In this document: one piece after another, positions 9,971-20,725 of the stretch | How the letters are laid out: each line of letters begins with the position of its first letter | Position numbering within the stretch: the stretch's first letter is position 1 | From: Deltaproteobacteria bacterium | GTDB taxonomy: Bacteria; Desulfobacterota; Syntrophia; Syntrophales; UBA8958 | Direction: 5' to 3' | Assembly (NCBI GenBank): GCA_026388335.1 | Contig: JAPLJZ010000245.1 | Location: 3,137-67,136, forward strand | DNA: 64,000 nucleotides | The notes under the pieces: model-generated | Databases searched by the model: none | Told to the model about the DNA's origin: nothing | What the model saw: only the letters and a program-made list of their open reading frames with translations | Program-made: the position numbers and the translations under genes

Positions 9971-11854
9971 TCACTTTGACATAATAAGATTTTGAATTTG
10001 TGCCGCAATCCTTGTACTTGATTGTCCATCGGTTCTGTAAAAACACATTCTTTCAACCATGGTTTTGGCTTCGAGACTAGGGCTGAATACCTGCGGATTC
10101 CTGGTAAAGGTCTTCAGAGATATCGCCAAATCGCTTACTGAAGTAAATGAAGGTATTGCAATCTCGATATCACGGAAGCTTGATCCGTTAAAGGCTGCCG
10201 ATCGCCACTGCCACACGGGGATTCCTTTCAAGAAGGCCTCTTCGGCTACAGTGGAGAACGTAAACAAAATCAAGGCCGCATCTTCCAGGTCCTCTTCGAG
10301 CGTTCCTGTCGTACTTTGAATCTGCTTCCTGAATTTATGGAAATCCGGATGTTCTTCCATTTTTGCCAAGGGATGGCTTCTGAGATGGAGTTCTACATCG
10401 GGAATTCTCTTTGCTGCGATGGTAACGGCTTCAACCATATCCATTTCCAAATCCCGGTCTGTGGTTGCAACCATTAATAGTTTTGATTTCCGGGTTCTTG
10501 CTTTTTTACCATGAGATTTTTCATCTTGGAGGTGCTCATATCTCGAAGAGCCTGTTAGTAAAACCTTCTCAGCGGGAAAACCACATTCCTCGAATATAGT
10601 TCTGCCTAATTCCCCCATGGCAAAGACATAATCAGGTTTTGGCAAAGGGCAATCATCGGGACGTCCCCGGAACTCCAATTCCGGATCCAGTCGAAGATAG
10701 GTCTTCTCACGGCTGTAACTTGCATGTTGCATGGAAACCAATACCGTGTCCGGGGAACCTTGCCGGGCGCCAATGTAAAAAGCCCTTGAATACGGAAACA
10801 GCTCTAAAAATGTAAGGGCTATTTTGGGCTTGTAACGGGCAAAAGCACGTCCGCAGGCCATAGCCACAAGACAGCAATTAGGCAGTGAAGAGTTCAAGAA
10901 GTTGCAAGCAAGGTTTCTTTTGAATAACGGGAACAGATCAAAACGATTCTCGAAAAATATTTTCCTAAATTCAGATTTCCGAGAAAAAGTTAGATATGTG
11001 ACTGCTGGATGAAAATTCCAGAATGTGCCGAAATCACGGATCGTCAGATACTTCTGGAGGAAAAGGAGTTCATTATACGGACGTGCCGTCAGCAGGACAT
11101 CCTTTACTCGGCGGTTTTTCATTCCCGGCTCATAGTCTGGTGAGAACCAGAGAAACCACGCCTTCTTCAACCCCCTTTCTTCAAGGATCCCGGGGAGTGA
11201 TTTAAAATACCTGTCGTCTAAGGTTCCATTTCCATCTCTTATGCTCCAATCCCAGAAACCTTCGAGAACGAGTTCCACGTCACATTCCGTATCGGCTATC
11301 AAGGATTTGACCATGTACCAGTAGTAGAGCTGGGTGATGAAGGTTCTCGTCCTGGAAAGGATTGCTCTGAGAGAGGCATAGAAAAGAGAAACCCTTGCCG
11401 TATGGTGATGTTCTGTAGGGTATTTGCTGCTTATAACTTCAACAATCATAGAGTCTGCATGCCACAAGATCAATTTGTCAGCAGACATTTCTGACGCGAC
11501 TTTGTCAATGGAAAGAATTTTTATCAGGTGATTAAAGGTCGGGTCAGCTTCACAATCCTTTACAGAATCAAGGTGATACCACCACTTGCTAAAGCCGTTT
11601 TTGTATTTAAGTGATTCGCGTAGACTTTTTCCTTTGCGAACTCTTTCAGCCCCGATACGGGCCACCACCCGCGTGTATATTTTCAGGGCATCGTTCTTTA
11701 CATCTTGGGCAATCCTTCTCCCGGAAATAACATGATCGGTTCCGTATTCTTGGATACATTCTTCTTCCCGTGATGGAGAGAGAAAGCTGAGAATCTTAAT
11801 CTTTTCCGGCAACTTAGATGGCATCGCCCAACATACACAGAGTGCATTTTTCAT
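9971..11854 (-). CDS. Surface-carbohydrate biosynthesis protein (LIC13510/TIGR04326-like), putative GT-B transferase
   Basis: DRYF.SLP, MQHA, TGSSRY, RSHP, STVAEEA...GIP pattern typical of orphan GT-B-like O-antigen proteins. Confidence 0.6.
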   Translation of the reverse strand: MKNALCVCWAMPSKLPEKIKILSFLSPSREEECIQEYGTDHVISGRRIAQDVKNDALKIYTRVVARIGAERVRKGKSLRESLKYKNGFSKWWYHLDSVKDCEADPTFNHLIKILSIDKVASEMSADKLILWHADSMIVEVISSKYPTEHHHTARVSLFYASLRAILSRTRTFITQLYYWYMVKSLIADTECDVELVLEGFWDWSIRDGNGTLDDRYFKSLPGILEERGLKKAWFLWFSPDYEPGMKNRRVKDVLLTARPYNELLFLQKYLTIRDFGTFWNFHPAVTYLTFSRKSEFRKIFFENRFDLFPLFKRNLACNFLNSSLPNCCLVAMACGRAFARYKPKIALTFLELFPYSRAFYIGARQGSPDTVLVSMQHASYSREKTYLRLDPELEFRGRPDDCPLPKPDYVFAMGELGRTIFEECGFPAEKVLLTGSSRYEHLQDEKSHGKKARTRKSKLLMVATTDRDLEMDMVEAVTIAAKRIPDVELHLRSHPLAKMEEHPDFHKFRKQIQSTTGTLEEDLEDAALILFTFSTVAEEAFLKGIPVWQWRSAAFNGSSFRDIEIAIPSFTSVSDLAISLKTFTRNPQVFSPSLEAKTMVERMCFYRTDGQSSTRIAAQIQNLIMSK

Positions 11855-11880
11855 CTGAATAAAGATGTATTTACCTGGGA

Positions 11881-12648
11881 TTAAAAGACCGGTGGAAGAA
11901 ATTCATTGGCAGCACAAAGAGATAATACATACTCATGAACCGAAGGTGACCACACTGTCTGCCCCCCGGCTGCTTTTACAATCGCTATACCAGCCGCCAC
12001 ATCCCAGAGCCTGATATCTTTTTCGTAATAGCAATCGGCCCTGCCTGCCGCCACATAAGCCAGCGACAGCGCTGCAGAACCGATAAGACGGATCTTCCTG
12101 TATCGTTGTATCTGTTCCACAAGCCGTTGCAAGGCATAGGAAGAAAAGTCGGTACTGACGGGAAATCCGGTACAGAGAACAGCCGCAGAAATATCAAGAG
12201 CGGCACTGGTCCGGATGGGATGGCTATTTAATGAAGCCCCTATTCCGACAATACCGCTGAAAAGCTCTTCCCGATTAAAATCATAGATTGCCCCGAGCAG
12301 CGGGGTCTCGCCACACCACAAGCCGATGGAAGTACAGCATATCGGGATATCCCTCAGATAATTTAGGCTACCATCGAGCGGATCCACAATCCAACAAAGA
12401 TCCGTATCCTTTTGCCTCCCTTCAACCCAGCCCCGCTCCTCGGACAAAATCGGGAATGAAGATCTCTCCATCAGAAACCGAATGAAGATCTCCTCCGATT
12501 TTTTATCGGCAATCAACTTCACATCTTTTCCTTCATCAAACTCAACTACGACACCCGATGCGCGAAAATCTTTCAGGAAGACGCCAGCCTTTATGGCTGC
12601 TTCACAGGCGATAGATAACAGATCATTCAGGTCATTTTCATTCAGCAT
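11881..12648 (-). CDS. Inositol monophosphatase family phosphatase
   Basis: SEE, WIVDPLDGSLNY, WDVAAG. Confidence 0.9.
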   Translation of the reverse strand: MLNENDLNDLLSIACEAAIKAGVFLKDFRASGVVVEFDEGKDVKLIADKKSEEIFIRFLMERSSFPILSEERGWVEGRQKDTDLCWIVDPLDGSLNYLRDIPICCTSIGLWCGETPLLGAIYDFNREELFSGIVGIGASLNSHPIRTSAALDISAAVLCTGFPVSTDFSSYALQRLVEQIQRYRKIRLIGSAALSLAYVAAGRADCYYEKDIRLWDVAAGIAIVKAAGGQTVWSPSVHEYVLSLCAANEFLPPVF

Positions 12649-12654
12649 TATATG

Positions 12655-13584
12655 TTATTCCCGTGTTTTAAGATCAGCCAGGGCAAAAAGGAGATTTTCC
12701 GCAGCCTGCATCTCCATTAGGCTGCGGCACTGGGCGGCATACGAACCGATGTGCGGCGTCAGGATGACTTGGGGAAAGCTTTTGAGAGGTCCGTCATAGG
12801 GCTCCCGTGAAAAGGTATCGAGCCAGGCCCCGGAAACTGTCCCATTTATAAGGGCATTGAGCAACTCATTCTCATCAATTAATGCACCGCGCGAAGCATT
12901 CAACAAGATGACGCCCGGCTTCATCAGAGAAAAGGCCTCCCTGCCGAGGAGTTCCCGGTCACCGCTTGCATGAAGAGTGATCACATCGGCCTGGTGCAAG
13001 GCATCCTGTAGTGAAAGTGATTCGCAACCGTCTTGAATGGAAGTATCTGCAAAAGGATCGACTATGATGAGTCTCGGTCTGAAGGGGCGCAATAATTGCG
13101 CCACCGCCTGCCCAATTCTGCCATACCCGACAATCACCACCGCTTTGTCTCTGAGCTGAAACCCCGTCATCTTTTTCCAGGCGCCTTCGCTGAGAGCCCG
13201 GCTCATCTCCGGAACCTGGCGACACAGCAGAATCATCATGGCGACGGCTAATTCCGCCACTGCCTCCGTTGGGGCATCCGGAGTATTGAATACCATTATT
13301 CCCAAATTTTTTGCAGTTACAAGATCGACATTATCGAGGCCTGCTCCGCATCGGGAAATGGCACGAAGCTGTGATTTTTCAAGAACATCCTTATCCAGGG
13401 ATTCAAGGCCTGCCAGAACTCCCACCACGCCGGGTAGCAAAGCAGTCAACTCTCTTCTGTTCAGTTTTCTACCATAAGGATTGACAATGATATCAAGACC
13501 AGCCCGTTGAAGCAGCTCCAGGGGGGCACTGTCTATGACAGCGAATGTTGAAGGGGCTATCAGGATTTTTGTCTTCTCTTTCAT
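12655..13584 (-). CDS. D-isomer-specific 2-hydroxyacid (phosphoglycerate-like) dehydrogenase, no ACT domain
   Basis: GAGLDNVD, GYGRIG, NASRG, LTPHIG. Confidence 0.9.
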   Translation of the reverse strand: MKEKTKILIAPSTFAVIDSAPLELLQRAGLDIIVNPYGRKLNRRELTALLPGVVGVLAGLESLDKDVLEKSQLRAISRCGAGLDNVDLVTAKNLGIMVFNTPDAPTEAVAELAVAMMILLCRQVPEMSRALSEGAWKKMTGFQLRDKAVVIVGYGRIGQAVAQLLRPFRPRLIIVDPFADTSIQDGCESLSLQDALHQADVITLHASGDRELLGREAFSLMKPGVILLNASRGALIDENELLNALINGTVSGAWLDTFSREPYDGPLKSFPQVILTPHIGSYAAQCRSLMEMQAAENLLFALADLKTRE

Positions 13585-13612
13585 CTCATCTCACTTTTCT
13601 TGGAAGCGATCA

Positions 13613-14251
13613 TTACTCGCCCTTTTCGTTATCAGACCGTTTTTGCAGGTAGTACTGGAGCCAATGGGAAATCATATGATCGATGACCAGGTGGATATCC
13701 TCGACAGGACCGTATTCCCCTTTCGGTGTTTCAACAAGAATGGATATATCGCATATTTTTTTCAGACTACCCCCATCGAAACCGAGGAGACCGATAACCC
13801 GCCCGCCATGCTCTTTAACCCATTCCGCGGCCATAACAACATTAGGGGAATTTCCGCTTGCCGATATGGCGATCAGCATATCTCCGGGGCGATAATGCAT
13901 TTGAAGCTGGTTGACAAACAGGTTTTGATAACCAGAATCATTGGCTATCGCCGTCGAAACGGAGATGTTCTCACACAGCGACATAACGCGATAGGGAAGA
14001 TCCGTTCCGGATTTTTTAAATACATCAATGCCAATATCGTTTACCATATGCATGGCAGTAGCCGCAGAACCGCCATTGCCGATAATGTAAATCGTATGAT
14101 GATTCTTACGGGTCCGCTCCAGTTCATCAACAAAGGCTCCAATCGCTTTTGTGTCAAGCCTGTTCATTAGACTGGAAAGATAATGGATGTACTTCCTTAC
14201 AAATTCTTCCACATCACTACATTCAGTGTAGATCCGTTTGATATTATTCAT
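13613..14251 (-). CDS. gmhA: SIS-domain phosphosugar isomerase, GmhA-like
   Basis: GNGGSAA, TAIAND, SASGNSPNV, EDIH. Confidence 0.8.
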   Translation of the reverse strand: MNNIKRIYTECSDVEEFVRKYIHYLSSLMNRLDTKAIGAFVDELERTRKNHHTIYIIGNGGSAATAMHMVNDIGIDVFKKSGTDLPYRVMSLCENISVSTAIANDSGYQNLFVNQLQMHYRPGDMLIAISASGNSPNVVMAAEWVKEHGGRVIGLLGFDGGSLKKICDISILVETPKGEYGPVEDIHLVIDHMISHWLQYYLQKRSDNEKGE

Positions 14252-14320
14252 AGCTGTTCATCCACCCTTGTTTGAATTCCTGCAAACTCATGAACCATGC
14301 CGGTGATTATTATCTCAAAG

Positions 14321-15544
14321 CTAAACATTTTTTTGGGGACAGAGAGACATAATGAATTGGACAATCCGTTCACATGCCCTGCCGTCTGTACGGGGATAGA
14401 TAAGATCTCTCATCATCTCACGCCGGGATTTATAATCATCTCTGCCGAAGACAAATATTTCTCTTATATAATCGAGCAGTTCCGGCCAGCTTTCGGCTTT
14501 CGGCCCCGGCAGATGATCATAGTCAGCATAAAGAGGGTTGGCTCTGATGTAGCTATCGTGGTCAAATTTGGCAAAAATAATCGGCTTATTATAGATCAAA
14601 TAATCGGCAAACAAGGCAGAGTAATCAGTGATCAGCATATCTGCCTTCCCGAGGAGGTAATTCATCTCATCGCCGCTATCATGAAAGCACATCAACCTTT
14701 CAAATCCACTCAGATCTGGGATTTTTTGATACATTGCCGTAAACGGGTGAAAACTGAAAGCAATCGCAGCATCGATCTCTTTCAGCAGGGTGTCAAGACC
14801 CACGGGATCGAATCCGAAATTGAAAATACTGAAGCCATGATCCTTTCTCCACGTCGGGAGAAAGAGGATCTTCTTCGTCCTGGACCCGTAAAATTTTGCG
14901 TATTCTGCTGCATGAAAAAGGATGGGGTCGGAATCGGGTGCAAGCAGGAAATCCGTCTTAGGCGTGCCCAATGGCAATACCCGGTTGCTGGAGATGTTAT
15001 AATGGTGCACGGTTGCTGGAGCCGTAAACTCGGATGCCGTAATAGCATAATCTGGTTTTATGAAATAGCGCAAGGGCTCGCGCATATGAAAATAGATTTT
15101 CCTCAAGAAAGTGACTGTACCAGCGAAGCTCATATCCTTTATCGGATAAATGGAGTGGGACAGATTGATCATGATACCCCCTCTGGACACGAACTCGTTG
15201 ATATCTCCTATCCCATGTGTCACTATAAAATATTTACCCCTCAATGTCTTCCATATCCCACCTAAGCTATAGACGTAATATGCCGGAAATCCTCCTTTAA
15301 TAAGCTGATCGGCCAATTTCCGGTTCTTGGTTATCCAAACCGCACTGATATCAGGACAGTGATTCCTGACAAACAGAAACAGTTGTTTACTGTTACCACG
15401 GAAATGCTTTCCGTTCCAACCGCCGAAAAGCCAAAGTACTGGATCTCGCAAAAAAAATCCGGAAATATAATAAATGATCAGCAAAGGAACTTGCATGATC
15501 ATGACTATTAGAGAGAAAAAATGGAATTTAATTCTGGCTGACAC
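14321..15544 (-). CDS. CDP-glycerol glycerophosphotransferase (TagB/TagF) family protein
   Basis: GNSK, THG, LPTWR, ITDYS, DGRACERI. Confidence 0.85.
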   Translation of the reverse strand: MSARIKFHFFSLIVMIMQVPLLIIYYISGFFLRDPVLWLFGGWNGKHFRGNSKQLFLFVRNHCPDISAVWITKNRKLADQLIKGGFPAYYVYSLGGIWKTLRGKYFIVTHGIGDINEFVSRGGIMINLSHSIYPIKDMSFAGTVTFLRKIYFHMREPLRYFIKPDYAITASEFTAPATVHHYNISSNRVLPLGTPKTDFLLAPDSDPILFHAAEYAKFYGSRTKKILFLPTWRKDHGFSIFNFGFDPVGLDTLLKEIDAAIAFSFHPFTAMYQKIPDLSGFERLMCFHDSGDEMNYLLGKADMLITDYSALFADYLIYNKPIIFAKFDHDSYIRANPLYADYDHLPGPKAESWPELLDYIREIFVFGRDDYKSRREMMRDLIYPRTDGRACERIVQFIMSLCPQKNV

Positions 15545-15644
15545 TTGTCATATTATCCGTGAAACTTTCGGTTTCATGCGGGAGACTACCATTGTGATCA
15601 TTTGATATTAGTGTTGGGAAAAGGGGATTTCCCGAGATTACCTC

Positions 15645-16685
15645 TTATTTTATAAATGAATGAACTGCCTTGGCATATTTCTCCCGATATGTTTCATATC
15701 CAAGACAATGTTTACAGCACTCAAATGGGGCTCCTCGTGTTCTCATGGTATTAACAAGGGAAACAAACCGTTGAAATATATCCTTCATCGATGTACCAAT
15801 TATATTCGCAAATACCGTCATATTTTTATAGTCAGTACAACAAGCTTTTATATCACCGTTCATCATAAATACCGTGGTTTCTGAAAAACATACAGGAGAA
15901 TCATTGGTTAGCTTCCGGTTATAAAAGTTTACCAAATCAACGAATCGCTTACCTCCAAAAATTATTCTATCGTCTGAAGAATGGGCTAATATGAGTTGAT
16001 TGATGTTTCTCCGACAAGCACTTTCCCCCTCGTAGAGTTCAATGCCTGTCTTTTGTGATATCAATCTAATTAAGCTTCTAATGTTAGATCGCTGTTCTTT
16101 TAAGGATGCAATTTCTTTGTTGTATGAACGACCAATCACTTTATTGAGAATTATTGAAGCATTGTAAGAGACTTCAATAGAAATTAAAGTGTCTTTACAA
16201 TGATTATAAAAATATCTAACGAGTTTGGAAACTCTTTCAATATAATTATCAAAAGATAAGCATTTTATGCGCAAAGTATCATGATACTGCTTTTCAGTAA
16301 TAGTTTGTAGTCCTACGATTAAACACTTAGGATTATGAGTTGCGTAATATGATATATTATCTGGATAGATTGAACCATTTGTTGCTATCATATAATCTAC
16401 GTTTCTTTCTTTAAGCGCAGGCAAATAAAATGTGGCGAGCTCAGGAGTTAAAAAAAATTCGTTGAATTCTGTTAAATCTACATATTCAAGGCCTGAAAGA
16501 TTAGGAAGATAATCAAGAATCTTTAAATAAAGATCATGGGGGAAATGGGCTTCGCGGATTCTTTTTGGAAAGGCATCAGGCAGAGAGTGGGGACAATAGC
16601 TACATCTCATATTGCATGTGTCTGTTAATGCAATAGCAACACAGCGAATATCATTAATTGTAAATAGTTTTTTCGCTCTTTCCAT
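15645..16685 (-). CDS. Radical SAM protein with C-terminal SPASM/twitch cysteines
   Basis: CNMRCSYC; GDIKACC...CCKHC; visibly AT-rich. Confidence 0.85.
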   Translation of the reverse strand: MERAKKLFTINDIRCVAIALTDTCNMRCSYCPHSLPDAFPKRIREAHFPHDLYLKILDYLPNLSGLEYVDLTEFNEFFLTPELATFYLPALKERNVDYMIATNGSIYPDNISYYATHNPKCLIVGLQTITEKQYHDTLRIKCLSFDNYIERVSKLVRYFYNHCKDTLISIEVSYNASIILNKVIGRSYNKEIASLKEQRSNIRSLIRLISQKTGIELYEGESACRRNINQLILAHSSDDRIIFGGKRFVDLVNFYNRKLTNDSPVCFSETTVFMMNGDIKACCTDYKNMTVFANIIGTSMKDIFQRFVSLVNTMRTRGAPFECCKHCLGYETYREKYAKAVHSFIK

Positions 16686-16846
16686 GACTATGCTTTTCCC
16701 ACTCCAACAGCATAAAGTACTCTGAAATATTGCATTTTACTTTCCAGAGATGTCACATAACTTCCAAAGATTGTTGATAGATATGCGGCAAATCTTAACT
16801 ACACAATCCAAACGGTAAGAAGATGGTATCGCTACCGAAAAACCAT

Positions 16847-17704
16847 TTATGTGCGATAGAAAAAATGATTATACGCATCTTGGAAATCCGAATTGTCAGC
16901 GTCCGGTCCATGACTTATTTTTTCCAATTTCAACCCTGTCGATTCGATACGGCCTATTACTTCCTTATAGGTCTCCTTTGATGTTTCGAGTTCCACAACA
17001 ATAGATTTGACTTCTTTGTTTTGAAAGGTTTGCATAGCGCCATCAATAATCTGTTCTTCGATGCCATCAACATCAATTTTGATATAATTGGGAATCACCA
17101 GTTTAAATTCTGAACATATCGAATCCACTGTTAATCCAAATGAACCCTGTGTAAAGTTTACATGTTTGGAATGATTTCCGAATTTAATAACATCCACCGC
17201 CTTTCCACCAAAAGTCTTAACGGCACTTCCAAAGGATGTATCCTCCATATTCAATAATCCAAAGCCATTCTCATTATTCAACCCAATGCAATACGCTGAA
17301 ATCGACTTATGGAGTTTATTGATTTCAATATTCTTGTTTAAGATACAATAGTTCGATGCATCCGGTTCAAAGGCATATACTTTATTCTGATGTCGGACGG
17401 CCGAGTAGATGGAGAAAACACCGATATTGGCGCCAATATCCATAAAAACGGCATCATTCTGAAAAGAATCGATCCATTTTATGGTATCTGGATCCTTTGT
17501 CAACATTGTTTCTGCTCGCCACAACGGAACATTTCCGGGACAGTAATAAAGAACCTCCTTACTGGCAACGTTCATTTTTTTAATTGGGGTCAGAGTTTCA
17601 TAAATGTGAGCTAAAGCATAATGCCTGTTGCGTTCCCCAATTATTGACAGTGATCTGTCAAAACATTTTAAGAGGAACGTCATAAAATTCTTTTTTATAG
17701 ACAT
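16847..17704 (-). CDS. FkbM-family methyltransferase
   Basis: DIGANIG, AFEP, IKIDVDGIE; TAATG overlap with the upstream gene. Confidence 0.9.
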   Translation of the reverse strand: MSIKKNFMTFLLKCFDRSLSIIGERNRHYALAHIYETLTPIKKMNVASKEVLYYCPGNVPLWRAETMLTKDPDTIKWIDSFQNDAVFMDIGANIGVFSIYSAVRHQNKVYAFEPDASNYCILNKNIEINKLHKSISAYCIGLNNENGFGLLNMEDTSFGSAVKTFGGKAVDVIKFGNHSKHVNFTQGSFGLTVDSICSEFKLVIPNYIKIDVDGIEEQIIDGAMQTFQNKEVKSIVVELETSKETYKEVIGRIESTGLKLEKISHGPDADNSDFQDAYNHFFYRT

Positions 17705-18837
17705 TATTTGTCTCCCCATAAAGAGTTTTTTTTCATTGATCCTGGCGTCAGCTCTTTTGCTGAGCAGATGACCCCGTGTCCATCAGCACATAACGCACAT
17801 TCGCGTGGAAGACTGCGCTGTCTCAACTTATTTCTAAATTCCACATAGTCCCGGCTATTCCAGACTTTCAAGGGATCATCCTTCAGGACATTCCCGAATA
17901 TAAGCTTCCGGGTTCGTCCCACTTTACCGAAGAGTTCCAAAGGGGTCTCATGGGCGAGAAATATGCAGGGAGCGACATTTCCTTTTTCATCGATGCACAG
18001 GAGGGAAGATAGATCACAACCTCTGGGTTTAGCAGCCAATGAAGGAAACCGGACAATGACCCCATGCTTTTCAGCTTGTGCATAAGTATTTTTAAAGATA
18101 TCGGAAACATCGTTATTTCCTTGCGGGGTGTATAGATACAAGTGTGAATGGTCGGGAAGAAAGCTTAGAAAACCATTCACAAGCACTTCATTAATCCCCA
18201 GATCGGCACAGAGGGTAATATAATCCGGGAGTTCATGAATGTTATTCCTGGTGGCAACAAAGACGGTAGCAATGTTGATTCTTTCAGGGGCCATTTTCTT
18301 CAGCAATCTGATATTTGAAATAACCCTGTCAAAGCTTACACCCGTTTTAAAGGCTTCGACCGTTTCCTTTTGACAACCGTCAAGGGAAATGGAGATCGAT
18401 GGAACATTTCTCTGGAAGAGTTCCCGCAGATTATCCTTATTGAAGAGCATGGCATTGGTCAAAATGGGAAACAGCATGTTTCGGTTTTTTGTGGACACAT
18501 AAGCCATCATTCTAAAGATATCTTTATGAAAGAGAGGTTCAATGGAAGAAAACTGAAAGACATTTGCATGTTTGATAAATGGAGTTATCCTGTCCACCAT
18601 TTCACAGAACAACTCGAATTTCATAAAAGCAGGTTTTACGTCCTTTATGAGAGAACCATGATAGGTTACACGGCAATGCCTGCATTTCAGGTTGCAGATT
18701 GTCATTATTTCAATATTTATCGCTTGTGGGTATTTCCCCGGGAAAAACTTCCGGTAGAGTATCTGCCCCGCCTTAAGCAGTCCATACTGGCGGACTTTCA
18801 GAATAGCATGCCTATACTTCATAAATAATACTGCCAT
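17704..18837 (-). CDS. Radical SAM/SPASM domain protein
   Basis: CNLKCRHC, SLDG, GNVAPC...FGNV...CALC. Confidence 0.88.
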   Translation of the reverse strand: MAVLFMKYRHAILKVRQYGLLKAGQILYRKFFPGKYPQAINIEIMTICNLKCRHCRVTYHGSLIKDVKPAFMKFELFCEMVDRITPFIKHANVFQFSSIEPLFHKDIFRMMAYVSTKNRNMLFPILTNAMLFNKDNLRELFQRNVPSISISLDGCQKETVEAFKTGVSFDRVISNIRLLKKMAPERINIATVFVATRNNIHELPDYITLCADLGINEVLVNGFLSFLPDHSHLYLYTPQGNNDVSDIFKNTYAQAEKHGVIVRFPSLAAKPRGCDLSSLLCIDEKGNVAPCIFLAHETPLELFGKVGRTRKLIFGNVLKDDPLKVWNSRDYVEFRNKLRQRSLPRECALCADGHGVICSAKELTPGSMKKNSLWGDK

Positions 18838-18867
18838 ACTTCTGCCCCAAATTCGTTTACAGGCATA

Positions 18868-19638
18868 CTATTTTCTGTACAACTTCCATAAAGGATCATC
18901 CTGCATATGCGCTTCAACCTTCTCTGCATCCGATGGACAGTCAATCGAAAAGGATGCGACAGAGGGATAGGGGGCAATTCTCTGACGATAACCGTTATCG
19001 AGTATTCGGTTGCTGTCGCAGGATTCTACAACCTCGAGCGGAGATTCCGGAAGACCGGTAAAAATTTTCAGGAAATACGACCGGAACGCAAAGATCCCAC
19101 CGATCCGGCGAGCCCCCGTTGCAGGTGGAAACTGTTTGCAGTAAGGAATCGGTGCGCGCGATGTATAAAGCACATCGCCTTTCCGGTCATGAATGATCTT
19201 TAGGATATTGGGATCATGATACTGTTCCTCATCCCCGATGGTGATGGCCAAAACGGTGCAGGGTACGGCGGGATATTCCTGCAGGGGTTTTAAAACAGCG
19301 GCAATCATATCGGGATGCAGCATCGGTTCATCTCCCTGTACGCAAACGATAATATCGTTTGCATCAAGATCGATTCCGCATTTTTCGGCGGCTTCAGCTA
19401 CCCGGTCTAAAGCGCGTGTATGTTGATCTGATGTCATCATAGTCGGCCATGCACGTGCCTCTCCCAATTCGGCAATCTCACGATCACATGTTGCCAGAAA
19501 CAGTCCATCCCATCCCGGGAAAAGTGCCGCTCGACGATACACATGCTCAACCATGGGCATGCCCCAGATCTTATGCAAGGGTTTACCCGGAAAGCGGCTT
19601 GCCGCCATGCGGGCGGGAATGATTCCTATGATCTTCAT
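18868..19638 (-). CDS. kdsB: CMP-ulosonate (KdsB-like) cytidylyltransferase
   Basis: IIPARMAASRFPGKPL, VQGDEP, SRAPIP. Confidence 0.8.
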   Translation of the reverse strand: MKIIGIIPARMAASRFPGKPLHKIWGMPMVEHVYRRAALFPGWDGLFLATCDREIAELGEARAWPTMMTSDQHTRALDRVAEAAEKCGIDLDANDIIVCVQGDEPMLHPDMIAAVLKPLQEYPAVPCTVLAITIGDEEQYHDPNILKIIHDRKGDVLYTSRAPIPYCKQFPPATGARRIGGIFAFRSYFLKIFTGLPESPLEVVESCDSNRILDNGYRQRIAPYPSVASFSIDCPSDAEKVEAHMQDDPLWKLYRK

Positions 19639-19735
19639 TAGAATACTTACCTCCTTATTGTTCTCTAAACCACTGACGCCGACAAAATAATATGCCGGGT
19701 AAATTCACATCCCGTTCCTGCTTCTACAGATAATC

Positions 19736-20722
19736 TTAATAGGGATTCCCCAATTCGCCATCCTGCTGAAAATACTTGGTAAGCGACAGCCCGGAGCGTA
19801 CGGCTATCGGCAGTTGAAACCATCTCTCGACAAGGAAAAGGAGGCGGTGAATACGCAGGAACCAGCGTCTGCGGGATGATTCCTTTTTGATAATGCCATC
19901 CAACCTTCGGGCTTCTTCGGCGCCAATCAGCCCAGCTTCTGACAGCACGTCAATAAACATGAGCGCCTCGGCAGGATAACCATAAAGACAAAGAAGGGCC
20001 AGATAGGAGATCCGGGAGTCGTGCTCTGCAAAAATAATATGATTCTCTTCAAGGAAAGGATCGAGGGCAAAAAGGGCGTCCCCGAAGATCAGCATCCCTT
20101 TGGTACCGTAATTTCGGAGATCATGCATCCGAAGCGGGCTCCAAAAGTTACGCCGTAGATCAAGCAGAAAAAAGCCCCGCGTGCGCATGTGCCCCATAAT
20201 CTCATCGAAGAGGGGAATGTTCCTGCGAAAAGGGTAAAAATTTACCTCTATCTCCGCAAATAACAGCGATCCCGTATAACCCTGCAGAACAGCCAATTCA
20301 AGGCCTTCCACATCGATTTTGAGATAATCAATGCGGTCGATTTTTTCCGATGAGCAGATACTGTCAAGACTGCGGGTCATAAAAGGGGCTTCACCTTCCT
20401 TTGAATACCTTTCAGCGTCGAAAAAATGGCTTACCTTTGTCAGATCGGTTTCAAAACAGGATGAGGTCCGCCGCTTCTTATGCAATTCCAGAACGACATT
20501 TTCATTTTCCCGGCCCACTGCCGCATTGATATGACGTTCACCATCTCTTGCCGAGGCATTCATGCGCACACATTCTTCAGGATCCGCTTCAATACTGATT
20601 ACCCGTATCTGCGATCGGATGGCGTTCAGACGATGGGTTACGCCTCCCGCACTGCCCACATCAACACAGACGGGTCGGGTATTATCCTCCTTGAGTAGTG
20701 TCAAGGCCGTTTCGGCATACAT
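19736..20722 (-). CDS. FkbM-family methyltransferase
   Basis: DVGSAGG, LKIDVEGLEL, GDALF. Confidence 0.85.
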   Translation of the reverse strand: MYAETALTLLKEDNTRPVCVDVGSAGGVTHRLNAIRSQIRVISIEADPEECVRMNASARDGERHINAAVGRENENVVLELHKKRRTSSCFETDLTKVSHFFDAERYSKEGEAPFMTRSLDSICSSEKIDRIDYLKIDVEGLELAVLQGYTGSLLFAEIEVNFYPFRRNIPLFDEIMGHMRTRGFFLLDLRRNFWSPLRMHDLRNYGTKGMLIFGDALFALDPFLEENHIIFAEHDSRISYLALLCLYGYPAEALMFIDVLSEAGLIGAEEARRLDGIIKKESSRRRWFLRIHRLLFLVERWFQLPIAVRSGLSLTKYFQQDGELGNPY

Positions 20723-20725
20723 AGT

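Noticed and set aside
14297-15265. 322-aa plus-strand ORF, and other long plus-strand ORFs (7576, 13535, 40350, 48827)
   Set aside because: Antisense shadows of well-supported minus-strand genes, with no recognisable motifs
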